Shown here piece after piece: positions 12,430 through 26,294 of a stretch of 64,000 nucleotides of DNA. Below the pieces are notes generated by a model. The model made no database searches, was not told the DNA's origin, and was given only the letters and a program-made list of their open reading frames with translations. The position numbers were made by a program, and so were the translations under genes. Source of the DNA: Raillietiella orientalis (taxonomy: Eukaryota); the NCBI GenBank assembly GCA_036172245.1, contig JAYWIR010000025.1, forward strand, positions 372,001 through 436,000. The letters run 5' to 3'. Each line of letters starts with the position of its first letter. Within the stretch, counting starts at the first letter, position 1.

Positions 12430-13620
12430 GGAGGAGCAGCCGCACTTCGGACGATGCGCGCGGAGAAATGAGCGGGGAAAGCTCGCGCACTCGACAAACT
12501 GCCACCCGCGCGAGGCGCCAGCCTCGGACACCCCGTTTCCACCATAGAGGTAGCACAGAGAAGGGACCACTTGTTCTTCGGGAGGCACATAAAGCGGGTA
12601 ACACTCCATTGAAGGAATCCCTCCTCCTGGGAACCAGGAGTAGCGGCATCCGCCAACCAACCCGCTAGTCTTGCAGACGGCCAGAGTTTTTCGACTCCTT
12701 GAATGTTTCAGGAGAACTCCCACCCCTCCGATTGGCTGCTGTCATTTCTTGCCCTGAGGGCGCAGTGTTGAGGCAAAGAGTATGACCGCTATCCAGGACT
12801 ACTGCATTTAATCCTGCAGGATATCTCCCAGCGATTTGCGCAGGAGACTCTGCAGCGATCGCAGCTCCTCTGGGCGCACTTCCAAAGAGACGACCCAGGA
12901 CTCCACAGTCTCCTGCCGCCAGGCGTTCCAGTTTGTGAGGTGCCAGAATATCCACGAATGGGCTACCAGTAGTGAGAACAGATGCCTCAGGAGTACCCAA
13001 ATCCGGTCCTTTGGCACAGTTTGCGCGCAACAGCGGCGAAAGAAGTCCTGAGATTCCTGAGCTTCGCCGGTGGATATGGAGTGCCAGAGCACACCAGCGG
13101 GAGGACTACAATTGACCACACAGGGAGAGAAGTCGGAACTGCACCTGCAGTCCGATCTTCGCCTTCTGCACCACCCGCAGTCACGAACGAGTGGCGCTGC
13201 ATGACCGGGTGGAGCAGGTGGAACTGACCCAAACCGCCGCAGAACCCCAGACAGCATCGGTTTATTCCGGACGTGGAAGCAGCGACGCGCCTGGCCCCAT
13301 GACACGCATGGGAACCGAACGTCTGTCGTCGCGTCGTCGAAGACGCGCGCACGGTTCCCGTTCTGCCCTCTCTTAGCCCTGAGGCAGGTTCTGGGGATTG
13401 GTCACTACTTCCCGGATGAGCAAAGCGTGGCGGACTGCGTTGAACACGATGAGGATGAGGTTCGTTAGGAGGAGGATGAGCGACAGCACCAGGTTGCTCC
13501 TGAACGTCAAACCAAAGTTCTGCACAGCTCTTGAAATTACGCCCCAAATCAGCCCCAGTGTGGTGCCCAACCTGAAATCAGAGACATGCGTGAGCGGGTC
13601 GACTGGATCCCCCGGACCCG
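12430..13620 (-). pseudogene. Decayed intronless USP/C19-like protease domain preceded by a hydrophobic segment, probably transposon-derived
   Basis: GINRCCL (13268-13248, Cys-box-like), GEAQESQDFF (13067-13038), TLCLN and VCKTSG (zinc-ribbon-like), PLLLVPRRRD (12646-12617), WSLL/YLYGGNGVSEAG (12570-12515, His-box-like). Upstream lies NLVLSLILLLTNLILIVF. Confidence 0.4.
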
Positions 13621-13759
13621 CGGCTTGGATTCCGTGCTCCCCGGTCCGCACGGAAGGCGGGGGAGAGGCCTGCGAGAGAAAACTCGGAGCCGCGTGATGG
13701 AGGCAGGTGGAAACGGCGCCACTGGCTGGCGGCGCCACAGCAGAGCTCAGTCTCCCGCG

Positions 13760-15830
13760 TTCGAGGGATTTTTCTCTGGAGCGGAGCCACGCTTCGTTGC
13801 CAGGAGCGACTGCTCTCTTTGCCGCTCTGCTGGAAGCAGTGGATCGATCCGGATGAGCGGGCTAGGAAGGGGGGGGAGGAGTCCGCAGCACTCGCCTGCC
13901 CACGAGTCTATTCTCCGGGAGGGAGGGAGAGCATGGATGGGGAAGAGGGGCTGAAGATTTTCCCTGCTGCCGATGTTGCTATCTCAGCAGCACCAGCATC
14001 TTTCAGAGCTTCCTAACCGCTTTGCAAGGAAGGGGAGGGGGTGCCCAAGGCGCTCTGGGTAGCGGACGCTGAAGCAGCAGGGTACGGGCTACTGTGTGCT
14101 CACGAAAGAAAGTGGCGCGTTCCCCACCCCTTCAGGGGACTTCGCTGCTTAGCAACGCGAAGCAGGTTCCTTGGGACTTTCTCCAGCAAAAGGCAGGAGG
14201 AAAAAGGGAAAGCTGGGCAGCGTGCCAAAGAACGGCGAGTGACGGGGGACCTTCCCAGAGGGTGGACACTGCCCACCGTGGAACCGCGTGAGAGGTCGGA
14301 GAGCGATGCTGCATGGCAAATGAACACGGGAAGCGCGGAGTGCGTTCTCTCATCCCAGCGTGCACGGTTGCTGGTGTGATGGGTCCGCTGCAGCGTGAAT
14401 TCGTGGCACCGCATGAGTCCACAAGCGGAGGAGAAACGTGCCATCTCCAAGGCGATGTTTTGTGCGCAGGAGGCAACCGGGCGAGGTGGATCCCGGAAAC
14501 AACGCAACGCTCCGCTGGTGCTTGGCATCTTCACGGAACTCCGTTCGGAAGGGAGGCTGAAGTAGAACCAATGACCCACCCATGCGGCCTGTAGGTAAAA
14601 CCGGGAATGGTCCCGAGCAGTTTTTTTTGTTATTTTATTTTATTTTTTTTCCCTAGCGGCAGCGAGCGATTCACTGAAGGAAAACACGCTTTCGGGATTT
14701 CTGATCAATGAGGTCACATCTGACAGCTTCCCGACGAGCGCCGCGCGTGGAATGCCGAGCGCCGGCTGCGACCTGCGTCATTACTGCGCGCCACTTGGCG
14801 AGTTGGACCAGAAGGGAGAGATCCCGGAGGTTCCAGCCTGCCGGCGGAAAGAACCCCCCCAGCCGAGCCCAGCACCATCTGGCCCGGAATGCCAGGCGAG
14901 AAAGAAACTTCTCTTCGGTGGAAACGGGGACTCTTTCCCGCGAACCGCCCGCCGGTGGCGCGCCAGGGAAGGACACGGAACGAGAGGAGTAGGGAGGAAA
15001 GGAGGGACGGGGCCGAAGAAGCAAACGCTCCAAAGACCCTTCCACCCCTAGTGGGCAGAAGCAAACGGTTGCGTGCGGCGGATGTTGGCAGGGAAGAAAA
15101 AACGTTGGTGGGGAAGGAAACAGATTTTCCAGGAAAGATCAGCACAGGTGGATGACGCAAATGCTCCAGGAACTGGTTCTCGCGCAAAAAGATCCTCCGG
15201 GAAAGCTCCCCCAGCTTCCAGGAGGTGTGCAGGCGGCGACTCAAGGGCATGCAAAACGCGAGCAAATGAGTTCCTGAAACACGCCAAGGAAGCCTCTCGT
15301 GTTTCAGCAGGCCGAGCAGCATTGAAGAAGCTTAAAACAGCTGCTTTCGCATCCGTGGCTTACTTGGCACCCGTGCTCTTCATCGTCGGGAAAGATTGAC
15401 ACCTGCGAACTTTGAGTTTTCTATGGAGCACCTCCGAAACTGCGGCGGCATCCCAAACGTCCTCCCTTCTTCCCTCCCCGGTGGAGGGACGGCAACTCGA
15501 CGCCAGGAGCGCCGACCTACCCACGGCGCAGGAGGATGTAGGAACGTCGCTGAGAATGTTTTGCCTTGCGTGGTGGTGGTATAGATGCAGTCTCCTGCCG
15601 CCGCAGACGGGCGGAACCGTGTTCGAGTTGGATTTGCGTCACAACACTGCAACCGAGCCGAACGGTTTCCGTGCCGAAGAGCGAAAAGCGCGCGTGCACT
15701 TGACACGTTCTACGGCAGCAGCCTGGGAAGGCGTGCACGCGATTTCAAGGAATACCTGGAGCGTGAGATGCAGCCCTTCGTGCGCGCCTGCTAATTCATG
15801 CGATGTCCCCGCAGCAAATGCCTTGACTTG
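13760..15830 (+). mobile_element. Decayed ZnF, Ulp1-like, USP-like module (5' part of a NeSL-like element)
   Basis: DCSLCRS (13808-13828); SLIPAC...VMGPLQREFVAPHES (14346-14420); KQRNAPLVLGIF (14496-14531); ANEFLKH (about 15262); FEFSMEHLRNCGG (15411-15449); LPCVVVV (15561-15581); VGFASQHCNRAERF (15627-15668). Confidence 0.45.
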
Positions 15831-17399
15831 CCGTGGGGTCACTCTGATTTTTTTTTCTCTCTCTTTTGGTGGGTAACGCCTCTCCCAGGCCTCAACTTTG
15901 TTAATCGCAAATCCAAGAGAAGGGGAGGGCGGATGTTGCAAGACGCAGGAAACTCCAGATTGCGATGATCTGTATTCTGCGAAGGGAAAAATGGCGACAG
16001 CCCTCGTTCGGCGCTCGTGGGATCAGCCTCCTTTTAAGACGCCGTGGATCACTTCCGATGTCGAGGCGAAGAAACGATTCTCCCACCCCCCTCCCAAAAA
16101 AAAAACGCGCGATCCAAGATGGCGGAATGCTATTTCATCGAAGCTTTCGCGCATGGAGTGTTGCGAGAAAACACGTTTTGCAACAACGAGTATGGAAGAG
16201 CCGACACCCTGGAGCCGTTTCGTGATTACATACCAACAGAACTCTTGAGGACTTTTTTTATTTCAGTGTAAATAATGGATAAATCGGTTTGTTTGTTCCC
16301 TCCCCCCTTTTTCTGTTTCAGGGAGAAGTGGTAAATATATCCCAATGTTGCAACACTTTCCAGACGCATTTTATATCTTCCACGAGCACCACTGCATCAT
16401 CCGTATGTAACCTATACGGCTCGTGTGACGAGCAGCGTATCCCCCTAGTTATATACAAGACTCTGCTGCACACTTGATAAGGTGCCTGGGTAACACATTG
16501 TAACTAGCGAACCTATTGGGGAACGACGTGGAAATCCACCTTCTCTGGATCAGTCGGTAGGATCTCTGGATCCTCCTCCGCAAGTATGCGCCGCACCGGC
16601 AAAGAAGAATGAGCCCCCCACGCGCCTGCAGCGAAACCAAACAGGATCGATGTGATCTTTGCTCCCCACTCCCTGGTGAGAATGTGCAACTCGTGTTTCA
16701 ATAAGTATCATGTCCTCCAAATTGATGTCGGCAATGTGCATGCGAACTGATAAGTGTAGGGAATCCACCTTTATTGCACCGTCGCATGCACGTAGCCAAG
16801 CGTCCCGACTCTTGCACAGGTGCCATGCACGAAAATTAAGAGCACATGCACCATTTACTCCCATTATCACACTACTACATCACAGCGGTACATTGGATTG
16901 CTTGGAGATACATTGCATCCTACATTCGATTCGGTTTGATTACTTTCTTTTGCAAAGCGGAAAGCAAAGCTCTTCTTTTTATCTTTAAATATGTATGTAT
17001 GTTTGTATGCATATGTATATATTATCGCGTTCTTATGGTGCTTTTGGATTGAAAATTTCACCCACCTGATGGAAGCTTTACTTTCCGTCACAGAGATGGA
17101 ATTACTGGAGGGCCGTCAAACACCCAAAACAGATTCAGACACGGAGACATGAGCAGGAGAGAGCACGGTTTCTGCCCAAGAAGATCCGATAGCGTCAGAG
17201 ATGCACTAGTACTTCACCTCTGCTTTTACGCAGCGTGGTCAAGTGCGCCAGTTTAGAGAGCTCCTCCTCCAGAGAGCTCCTCGATTCGAGAGGAGAACCC
17301 GGAAAACCGCACTTGTCACTCAACCTTTGACCTTGTCTTGACCAATCTCGTCATTACTCCCGAACATCCTGGAGCAAAGGGGTGTTCCCGCCGTTTTAG

Positions 17400-18800
17400 C
17401 ATTTTAGCTGTGCGGAATCTCGCGTGGTTCCCGCGTACTGAGAGGAGAAAGAATCAGGATCCGGGGGATCGTCCCTGTATCCAAACAACATCCCTAGAGT
17501 CCCCCGATGCTCCATAAGAGGACAACTGCTGCTGCTCCACATCGATCTACATTTTGTTAAACGAACGACGCGTTCACAGAAGAATCAGCGATTGCAGAGC
17601 GCCCCCTGATCCTCTAAGGGCATTCGTAAGACTCATTATTTTATTTGCGGTGTAGTCACCAATCAATCCTGAGAATCTGCTTGCAATCCTCCGATACGGG
17701 TGTCTGCACCAACATAGTTGTCGCTACTCGACGCAAAAGAACCACATGTTTCCTCCATCTCTCTCCCGTACGCACGATCTCGGGATAGATGGGACTTTTT
17801 GCTCGAAACACGCAGCAAATTTGAAATGAAACCAAACCCCACGCATTTTGAGACCAGCACTCGCGACTTTCGATGCCTCGTGGCATCTCATCTGATCACG
17901 GCAAGGAGCTAATAGGGTGCAGAACCGAACAAACCGACAAAATCTCGACAGTTTCCAAGGAATAACTCGAATCTGTCACATCGGATTTCCTTTTCTTTGC
18001 TCTTCGCTCATTAGGAAGATCGAACATTGCAGCCTCCAGCCAGAATGATGCGAAAAGTTGCGGAATTCCATCGAAGCACCATGGAATGTTGGTCAGAACT
18101 CAGTAGGCTCCAAGATTTCAGGCAGCAGAGATGTCCTCCCTGCCTCCCAACGGGGATCTTTGGATCTGCACTTTATCCTTGGACACTCTGTTTGCTAAAC
18201 TCTACCAATTATTGCATTACCGGAAGACGCTGACACCTACAGAATCATTTCTTTAGATTATTCCTGGAGAGCACACTTTGTTTCTTGCCATGAAACTCAT
18301 TGGATGCTCCATGTATTTCAGGAAGTCATTCTGATGTGTCTCTTTCTTTCTTCTCAAGCCTCTTTAACTTGCTATTCCACCTCTTTGTTCATCTGGAGAT
18401 TTTTGAGTTTCTTGCTCTTGCTAGCATCTCAGAGCAAAGGCTCAAAGAGAAAACTAGAGTCATTAGCATTTTTTCAGGAAGGAAATCTCCAGTTTTCTCA
18501 TTTCCATTAAACTCTTCAGCTGCTAGAGACGATGGTAGGGATGCTTTGTTCAGACTAGCCGTCACTTCCAAGAAATTCTTCATCCTCAAAGACAAGCCTC
18601 TGTCTGCAGTCGTGCAAAGTAATAATTCTCCGACGCAGGTGTGAATGCGATGATAATCTGTCTGGATCTCCGTACGTGTCTTAGCCATCTCACTGCCTCT
18701 TGTTTTCGGGAAAATGTCTTTGGATCAAATTCTAGGGGAAGGACATCGAGAAGAGGTCCCACTTTCTAAGATTGTGCGCTGCTTCATAATGCATCTTTCA
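17400..18800 (-). mobile_element. Decayed RT segment of an R2/NeSL-type element
   Basis: KQRTILESGTSSRC (about 18785-18740, pre-RT-like), KIP.GRQG/RTSLLP (18160-18120), MSEEQRKG (18010-17987), FGSAPY (about 17930-17910). Confidence 0.4.
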
Positions 18801-21329
18801 ATCTCAGCATCATGCATTCATGTGTAATTAATACAAGATGCTCCTACTTCTAGATTGGAATTTATCCCAACCTAACACTGCCATTGGGCTGGTGAATTTG
18901 TAAGACTAAGGATACTTCCTGGAAGGAGGATGACCTTGACTGGAGATCTATGGCAGTCGACATTCAAACACAATAGTGTTCATGCTGTAATCAAAATTTC
19001 TGTCTCGTGATGATGCTTCAGTTGTGTGTTGGGCTTAATTTGTGGTCGCAGAACTCTTTCGAAGCATGTTTGTGTGTGTGTGCGTAACCCAGGAAATTTC
19101 TTCCCTTCATTAAGGGAAAATTCATGCGGTTCTTCCGCCTTCTTAGATCCAGTAGAAGAACATGTTGAATCTCCACGTTTTCTAAGCTAGAAATCCGGAA
19201 GAATTAAAAAAAAAAAAAAATCAGTTTTCCCTTCCTTTTTTTTTTTTTTTTTATGCATGCTGCTGACAAGTCTGGTTAATCCTGGAAACCTCAAGTTAAA
19301 GAAAATGCGACTTTGGGTCCGAGGCTTTTACAGGAAAAGAGGAGAACACCTAAACGAGTAGTCCTTAAAATTGAGCTTGAGCACACGTTCAAAGTGGACT
19401 GAAAGCAAGTGATTACTACTACTCGTAGCATGAGCAAAGCCAAGCACATCTCTCGACGAGTTCTCCTGTGGCACTGATTACCTGCGAGCATTACTTTTCA
19501 GTGGTGAAACAAAAAGTCTTCTGATGGTACGATTAAGAAAACAATAGCAAGATTTTAGCCCGTTCCTGGAACTATAAACAAACCTCTCGATCTTGATCTG
19601 TAGACAAGAGAAGGACTTGTTCGTCAGTGTTCCATTCATACTGTCAAAGGGTTTCTATAGGATGAGGCTGTTGGCGATAAAGAGAGCCTTTTCATTCTTA
19701 TAATTCAGGGGTACACTTATGCAACACCATTACACACGTGATATGCAACAGAAGTGTAAACGTAGAATTACATGGTAACACGACCTGAGTTACGCAGAGA
19801 GATTAGCAGTAGCCTTTCTCCCCTTTTGCCATGTCTGCCTATTAATAAAACACATTGCCCAGAGATTAGTGTGATGAACTTATCAGTGTGAATGACAGTG
19901 AATTTTGAAAATTACTAAGTTACCACCTTACAAGCCGAATAGCTCTCTGTCAGAAATACAGAAAAGAGTAGTCAGCGTATCGTTTTTCTATAAAGGAATA
20001 AAAAGATGGTCCTCAGGATAGATCTTATGAGCAGCAATCTCATATGAACTCATGAATGTAAACCACAATTTGTGGTTCTCATAAGCCACTCATCCCTTAG
20101 TGAAAACAATAAATGCGGAAGTCGGACATAGAGAACGCCTTTTCAATGGAAACTCCAATAGTCAGTCATTCGTGCATTTGTCTTAATCACCAATCAGTTG
20201 AATCAGAGAGTTTGCTTAGGGAATGAATAAATAGATATGGATGGATTAGATTATGCAGATTTTTATGTGCAAAGTAGAATATACGTCTATATATTGTTTG
20301 TAATGGTGCGTATATGTATCTCGTTCGTACGTTCGGAAATACATGTATACCATTGCATTAAGCGCACTATCTCGCTCCATTGGTTCTTTCATTCGAATCG
20401 TATGGATTCGAACATTCTGCAAATCAGTACCCAACAAATTTTATCCTTGAGGAGTTTTACTATCTCGCTTTCAGACGCTTTCAGACGAACGGAAAAAAAA
20501 GTGTATATGGATACACTTTTTTTTTTTTTGATCATCTCATTTCTTAATGTCTTTAACAGTAAAGGCGATTCATAGGTTTTACCGAAAAAACACACGAACT
20601 TACCTCTGAGTGTGGGCTCTGACAGCCGCTAGATCTAACAAAAGTAAGTCAAGAAATATTGCTATGAACCATAGCTTGAGTGCACGTATCAGTGCCAAAT
20701 GACATCTGGCTAGCAATGTTCCATCTAAAGGGTTTGCCGACAAGAGCAATTCATTTCTCACTATATTAACGAGATCTTCGTAAAACAAGTGCAAAAAGCT
20801 TCTGATGGCGCTGGAATTTTTGAGAGATCTCTACAGACAATTGAAGAGCAAGTGATCTTTTACTTTTTCCTTTCGGTTAGACCAACATCTTCAGCTTGGC
20901 GTAAGGCTACGTAGGTAGACTCCAGAGACTGCAGAGGATAGTACAATTGAAAACCTACAAGAGATTCCCTTTAATAGAAGGTCTCTTGAACGAAAGCGAA
21001 TGCTGAAGAATCTTTACAGCAGCATGACAGAAATCCTGCCCAAAATAAAGATTTAAGTAGCATCTACTTTCCATTTGTAGATTCTGTGGATGAAGTATGC
21101 AAGAGAGCTAAGCAGACAGCGGAAAACTAAAGTCGGTGCGAACAAACGAAGAATGAAAACGAGAAACGTCTTCAGAAAAAGACTTACTTCCTTCAGTTGC
21201 CAAAAACTGAGCAACCACAACAAAAAGGAGCATTAAGAATCCGATGGACTGTGCCTTATCCGGCATTCTAAAGAGTCACTAACAACAGGAACTGAACCAA
21301 GAATTCTACTGCACAAGGAACTGCAAGAA

Positions 21330-23400
21330 GATGGTGATGAAAATCTCCCACTATTCTTTTATGCAGATTCACCTGTCTGTCACGAGGGAGCCCCACACAA
21401 ATTTTCATTGGTTGAGGGGAGGGAGGGAGACTCCAAGAGTATTTGCACCCGAGGTTTGTGTGAGATCCACTTTGGAAATTGATGCAAAACATGTCATTCA
21501 GTGCATGCAGTGTAACATGCAAGTAGTAGACTTGGAATTGCAATAAAACGACAAGCGTACATGCTGCTGCTATCAGTTTCGGTATGGATTTATTGCACTT
21601 ACCAACCCTAGAAGCTTTGGAGCGTCTTCGAAGCCAGATCAAATTTTGTCTTCGGAATTGCTTCGTCTTCAATTCCAATCGTGTTCTGTTCGCCTGTGTA
21701 TGCAGTGTAATGCCACATCCATTATGCGAAAAGCGAGCCGATGGATGGTCGAATTCGAGATCCTAGCCCACGAGTTCTGCATGCCCGGAATGAGACCAAA
21801 CGGCATGTTCAGGACGCGAGCAAAGCAGAAGTCTGCTCCGCGCAGGCTCCCAATCCGAACCCGGAGAGATTTCGGGAACCTTGCAAGAATCTCGTGTTGC
21901 TGATGAGTGACCGTCAAGCGGGCAATGGCAAACCAAGCAGCCCAAACTTTTATTTGGACAACGGCAGCATCAACCAGAAGTCCACAGAAGCGACCAACAC
22001 CTTAGCCCTTGGAGGTTGCTGAGAAATCCAGTTGGATTCTCAAAGGCTCTTGAAGCACTGATCTCTTGCATCTCAGCGATGACAACAATAGGTCATGTGA
22101 TCCTTACCAGAAGCATTCTATAGAGAATGCGCCAAAAATCGAGAATATTCTAACGGAAAAGAAGAAATCCACATCAAAATAGTAGCGAGAAAGGATGAAG
22201 ATACTCGATCTACGACTCCACGTTGTAACTCGACAGCAGCTTCGACTCACCCAGGGATGGGGACAGTCGTGAGGAAACGAGGAGCAGACCTTTTTTGTTG
22301 ACAGACGCCAATTTTTCTTGGTTGAGCCTCTCGTGGGCGGAAGTTCAGCATCTTGACTGTTATTAGTAAATGATCTCCGGGAGTGTCGGGCATCCTGAAC
22401 CTGGCGAGTTCGCCATCTCACCATGTACAGACTCCTGATCTCTCTAAAGCGTCTTCCGATGCGTTTAATCTGGAATTCCTCGGGTTGCTAAAGCAGGTCG
22501 GAAGCAGTTTTGATTCCTTGGGTTCCACGCTCCGGAAGGCATTCCTCTTCGAGAAAAGCAGATGGCAGCGTAGCTGCTCTTCGGAAACGAAGAGCGTATC
22601 CTCGCGTGATCGAAAAGAGATGCCCTCTGGTTCTCAGAGGGCATTTCTTTTCGTCGCGGCAGTCCGTACTTTCCAAAATTGCCTCCGAGTCTTTCGGACA
22701 AATGATGAAAAGTTTTTCGTCCGAAACTCCTTCGCAAAAACTGTCGGGTTTCGTCTTTCTTCCGTAAAGACAGATGCTGTCTATGAGGAGGTCGCAGGAT
22801 ACCTCTGTATCTCTTGTTGACCACAGCACAGGCTGAGGAGCAGTGGATGAGTTCTGTTGGCGTCCTGTCACAGTGACAAAAGAATCGGAGTCTTCAGGGA
22901 AAAAGATGTCATTCCTCACTTACCCTTTTAGATAGTGGACCGAGGCGAGAAAAAAAGGAAGCCATAGGGTTGAGCGGCAAGTGAGCGAGCTCTCATTCAG
23001 CATGAGGGATTCATATCAAACCTCAATGGTCTTCGCGACCAAGACCGGCTACGTTGCAGAGTTTCACCGGAAACTACGTAAGTGGTTTCCTGAAAGAAGA
23101 AGACGAAGCTCTAGATTATCGTGGTAAGCATCCAACTGATATGCAAAATCTGTCAATGCGCTGGAACTGTTCAAAGAGTCGTTCGCGGATAACGATGCGC
23201 CAATCTGGGGAGTGGCGTGCAGCTTAGGATATCAAACCAACCAAAAGTTTTCAAAGGTAAGTGACCTGGGTATTACGTTAAGGACATCGATCTTCCTTAT
23301 GTATTGGCAGTGAACAGGTCTAGGAGCAGGCAGGATCCTTCACGTGGCCATTTCACTTAGGTGCAATGAAACTCATCTAAAAGAGATGCAAGCTGAAGAA
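21330..23400 (+). mobile_element. Decayed ZnF, Ulp1-like, USP-like module
   Basis: HVIQCMQCN (21490-21516); SSFDSLG (22503-22523, Ulp1 YDSL-like); DLPYVLAVNRS...SRGHFT (23289-23357), which retains a GHF His-box. Confidence 0.4.
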
Positions 23401-23993
23401 CAAGAGGAGGAAAACCGGATGCCTCGAGCATGCATTGGAGCATTGGTTTACGTCACTCCTAATGCACTTGTTCGCATTGCAAAAAGAGGCAAAGCAGTGC
23501 ATAAGATCACGCGAATGAACGAGAAAAATGAAGCGGTGAGAGAAGACAGGGATCGCTTGCAAGCAACCTTGTTTCACCACATGGCATTCTGTGTTGCCTT
23601 GGAGCTTATCCCTATTAGAATTACGAAGAAGTCAATTCCGAGGTATTAATGAAGCAAGCGAAGAAATAGCATGAGCGTTACTCATTCAAATGAAGTCGTA
23701 CCTCGGTACTCGACGGTTTCGGAACTCGTCGCAAGTTCCGGAACTAATTGCCAACGAGTTTTGTTTTGCAAAGAGATCCGAACCGGAGGAAGACCTTTTA
23801 TGAGCAGCTCTCAGAGATGCAATGAGAATTCCTAGAAGGAGAAGGCAATGAATTCTGTGAAGATTGGAAGCAAACGAACCGTAAAATACGTCAGATACTC
23901 AAAAAAGACATGGAAACGAAGAAGCAAGCCGATGTGAAGTTCGAAAACGCAACTTAAGAACTCAAGGAAGAAACTGCAATGATGTGGGAAAAA

Positions 23994-24073
23994 TCAGCAG
24001 CATGCGCTCTACGGCGATCTCCTGAGCGGCAACCTCCTTCAGCCCCGGTTAGCACGCCTGAAGAGATCGAAAG
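23994..24073. repeat. 80-bp direct repeat, copy 1 (partner 26321-26400)
   Basis: TCAGCAGCATGCGCTCTACGGCG...GAAGAGATCGAAAG occurs twice with 2 mismatches. Confidence 0.95.
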
Positions 24074-24152
24074 CGATGGAGAGAAGAGATACTGGCAGCA
24101 ATATGGGTCAGCCCACAGTTCTAAGCACCGTCGTGCATGATTGTATCGGGTG

Positions 24153-26294
24153 GATCCATCGTATCGAAAGAAGGAAAAAAAAAAACCCTTAGAAAATTCG
24201 AGACTCATGATGTACTCAACTTCGCGTTAACCCTAATCGTTCTCCTCAGACGTATTCAGAGATCGCTCCCACCCGGAGGAAGAGCAAGAGAACTCCTCTA
24301 GCGGGAGGAAGATGAAACGAACGACGAGCCATCGAGAAGGACGGATGTGCTGACGCGGAAGCTGTCGAGCCGACCTTCCCGTTGGGCGGCGGTCCGTGGC
24401 TCCGCCGGTTTCTCGCCGTCCAACCGCCCGTGATGCTGCTGGCCCTCGCCGCGCTTCCTCGGCCACCGCGTCACTGCGTGCTTCAGCGAATCGGCGATGC
24501 CTACCACTCCCCCGTTCCAACCTCCACACCTCTTGAGGAGGAATCAGGAAGAGGGAGCAAAGAAGATGCGCGGCTCTTACAAAAGCCGGCCGCGGTAGGA
24601 AGTCGGCTCGCCTTCCGCCGCGCCGCATCGGACGGGTCGTGTTCGCAAGCCGCGGTAGGCGCCAGAGGAGGAGAGCGCTGGAGTGGCGCAAAGAGGTTTC
24701 CAGAACAGGTCGGTTCGACGGAGACGGCTCGGAAGGCGAGAAGGAGCCGCCCTCTCCGCATCAGGGAGCGCGGACAGCGGCGGATCGATGGCTTGGAGTC
24801 CGGCAGCCGAGGAGGGTGCGCGCGGTTGCCCGTCGCACCGGGGAAGCACGCGGTTCCTCGCGGTCGAGGATGTGCGCTTGGGGAGGAGGAGGGAAGTCCC
24901 CTTCCGCGGGCTGGCTGCCCAGCCCCCAGGGTTCGGTCGCAACGGCCGTGCACGAGGAGGAGCAGCAGACCGACACCGTCCTCCGTCTACGCGAGGGAAG
25001 CCGTGCGCCGGGAATTCTTCACCTCGACGCCGTTGCTGCACACGAAAAGGCGCCCATACCCTCGCAGGGCCCGACTCCTCGCAGATCAGGTGACTTCCCC
25101 CGTCGTGGCAAGCGGTCTGCCCACGTGCGCGCACAAAGCCTTGCGCGCGTCATCAGCAGGGCGTCGAGGAGGACGGTCCGGCGAGATCCCCCTCCCTCCC
25201 GGTGGCCGCTGACCCGGCAACCCTTCTCGAACGTGCGCTAATGAGGCAGGTCACGAAACCTGCCGCTTCCGCGCATCAGGAACTGCGCGGAGCTTCCTAC
25301 GTCCGCCAGACCTGCGGAGGATGCTGCAGCGCCGCCTCGCTCAGAAGCGCGCTACCGGCCCTTGGAGGCCTCTTGTCGCCTTCGGCGCGGAGAAGAGGCT
25401 CCTCCGGCTCCATCCCTCCTTCGAAGGGTGGGACTTTGCCACGCCGCTGCGCCCCCGTGGCCAAGCCCAACACGGTCCCACCGTGCGCGGACGAGGCGAA
25501 ACCCGGTGTCCTGAGAGCGGAGGATCAGACCATTCCCGTCGTATGAAAGGGTGCAGAGGCGGCACGCTTCTCTGCATTCTGGAGAGGTGCCACACTGACT
25601 CCATGATACGAGGCGCAGGGTTCGGTCACCCGTAAGGCAGGAGGGTCTGCTTCTTTGAACAACAGGAAGGAAAGGAACTCCCACTCCTCGATCCCTGGAA
25701 GGAATCGGAGGTCGACTGCGCCAGTCCCAGCCACTCGGCGGGAGCATGCGGTTTGAACAGCTGAAGGTGCCGCGCCCGAAGGAATGTAGGTCAACCAGCG
25801 TCATCTTGCAGGAGGAACCGGAACACGCGACGCCTGGTGGTGCCACGCGCGGAGACCTCAGAAGCCGCATGGCCTCCGACGCGGGCTCAAATTCAAGCCA
25901 TCCCAAGAGGTTCGTGAGGTGACCAGCCGTGCACAGGGAAGACTGGGATTTCACGCTCCGTTCATGGAGCTGCTAGTAAACTCGAGACTTCCGGATATAC
26001 TTTAGGCCGATCGCAACGTCGTGCAACTCGTGCCTAGGGCGAATCTTCATGGTAGCTGAGCGAGCCTACCATCCTGCCTTCTGAGCCAGCCGGAGGACCT
26101 GACCTGCCACGCAGGCAGCGAATTCACCGGGCAGACGCAGGATGACTCGGAGCCAAAGCGCCACTCAACCGTTCGTGTCCACAGTGAGGAGCGGATGGAT
26201 GCGGGGGGCCAGGGTTCGCAAATACCGTGAGGAGTCAACGGGGACAGGGCTGCTTCGACGCGGGGAGCGCTTTCTCCAAGGCTCGCTCTTCTCG
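24153..26294. repeat. Copy 2 of the 2142-bp inverted duplication
   Basis: Reverse complement of 8326-10467. Confidence 0.97.

Noticed and set aside
16440..16870. Minus-strand fragments with a Cys-containing, membrane-protein-like look (possible viral or env remnant)
   Set aside because: No diagnostic motif recognised and the fragments are frameshifted, so no family can be assigned.
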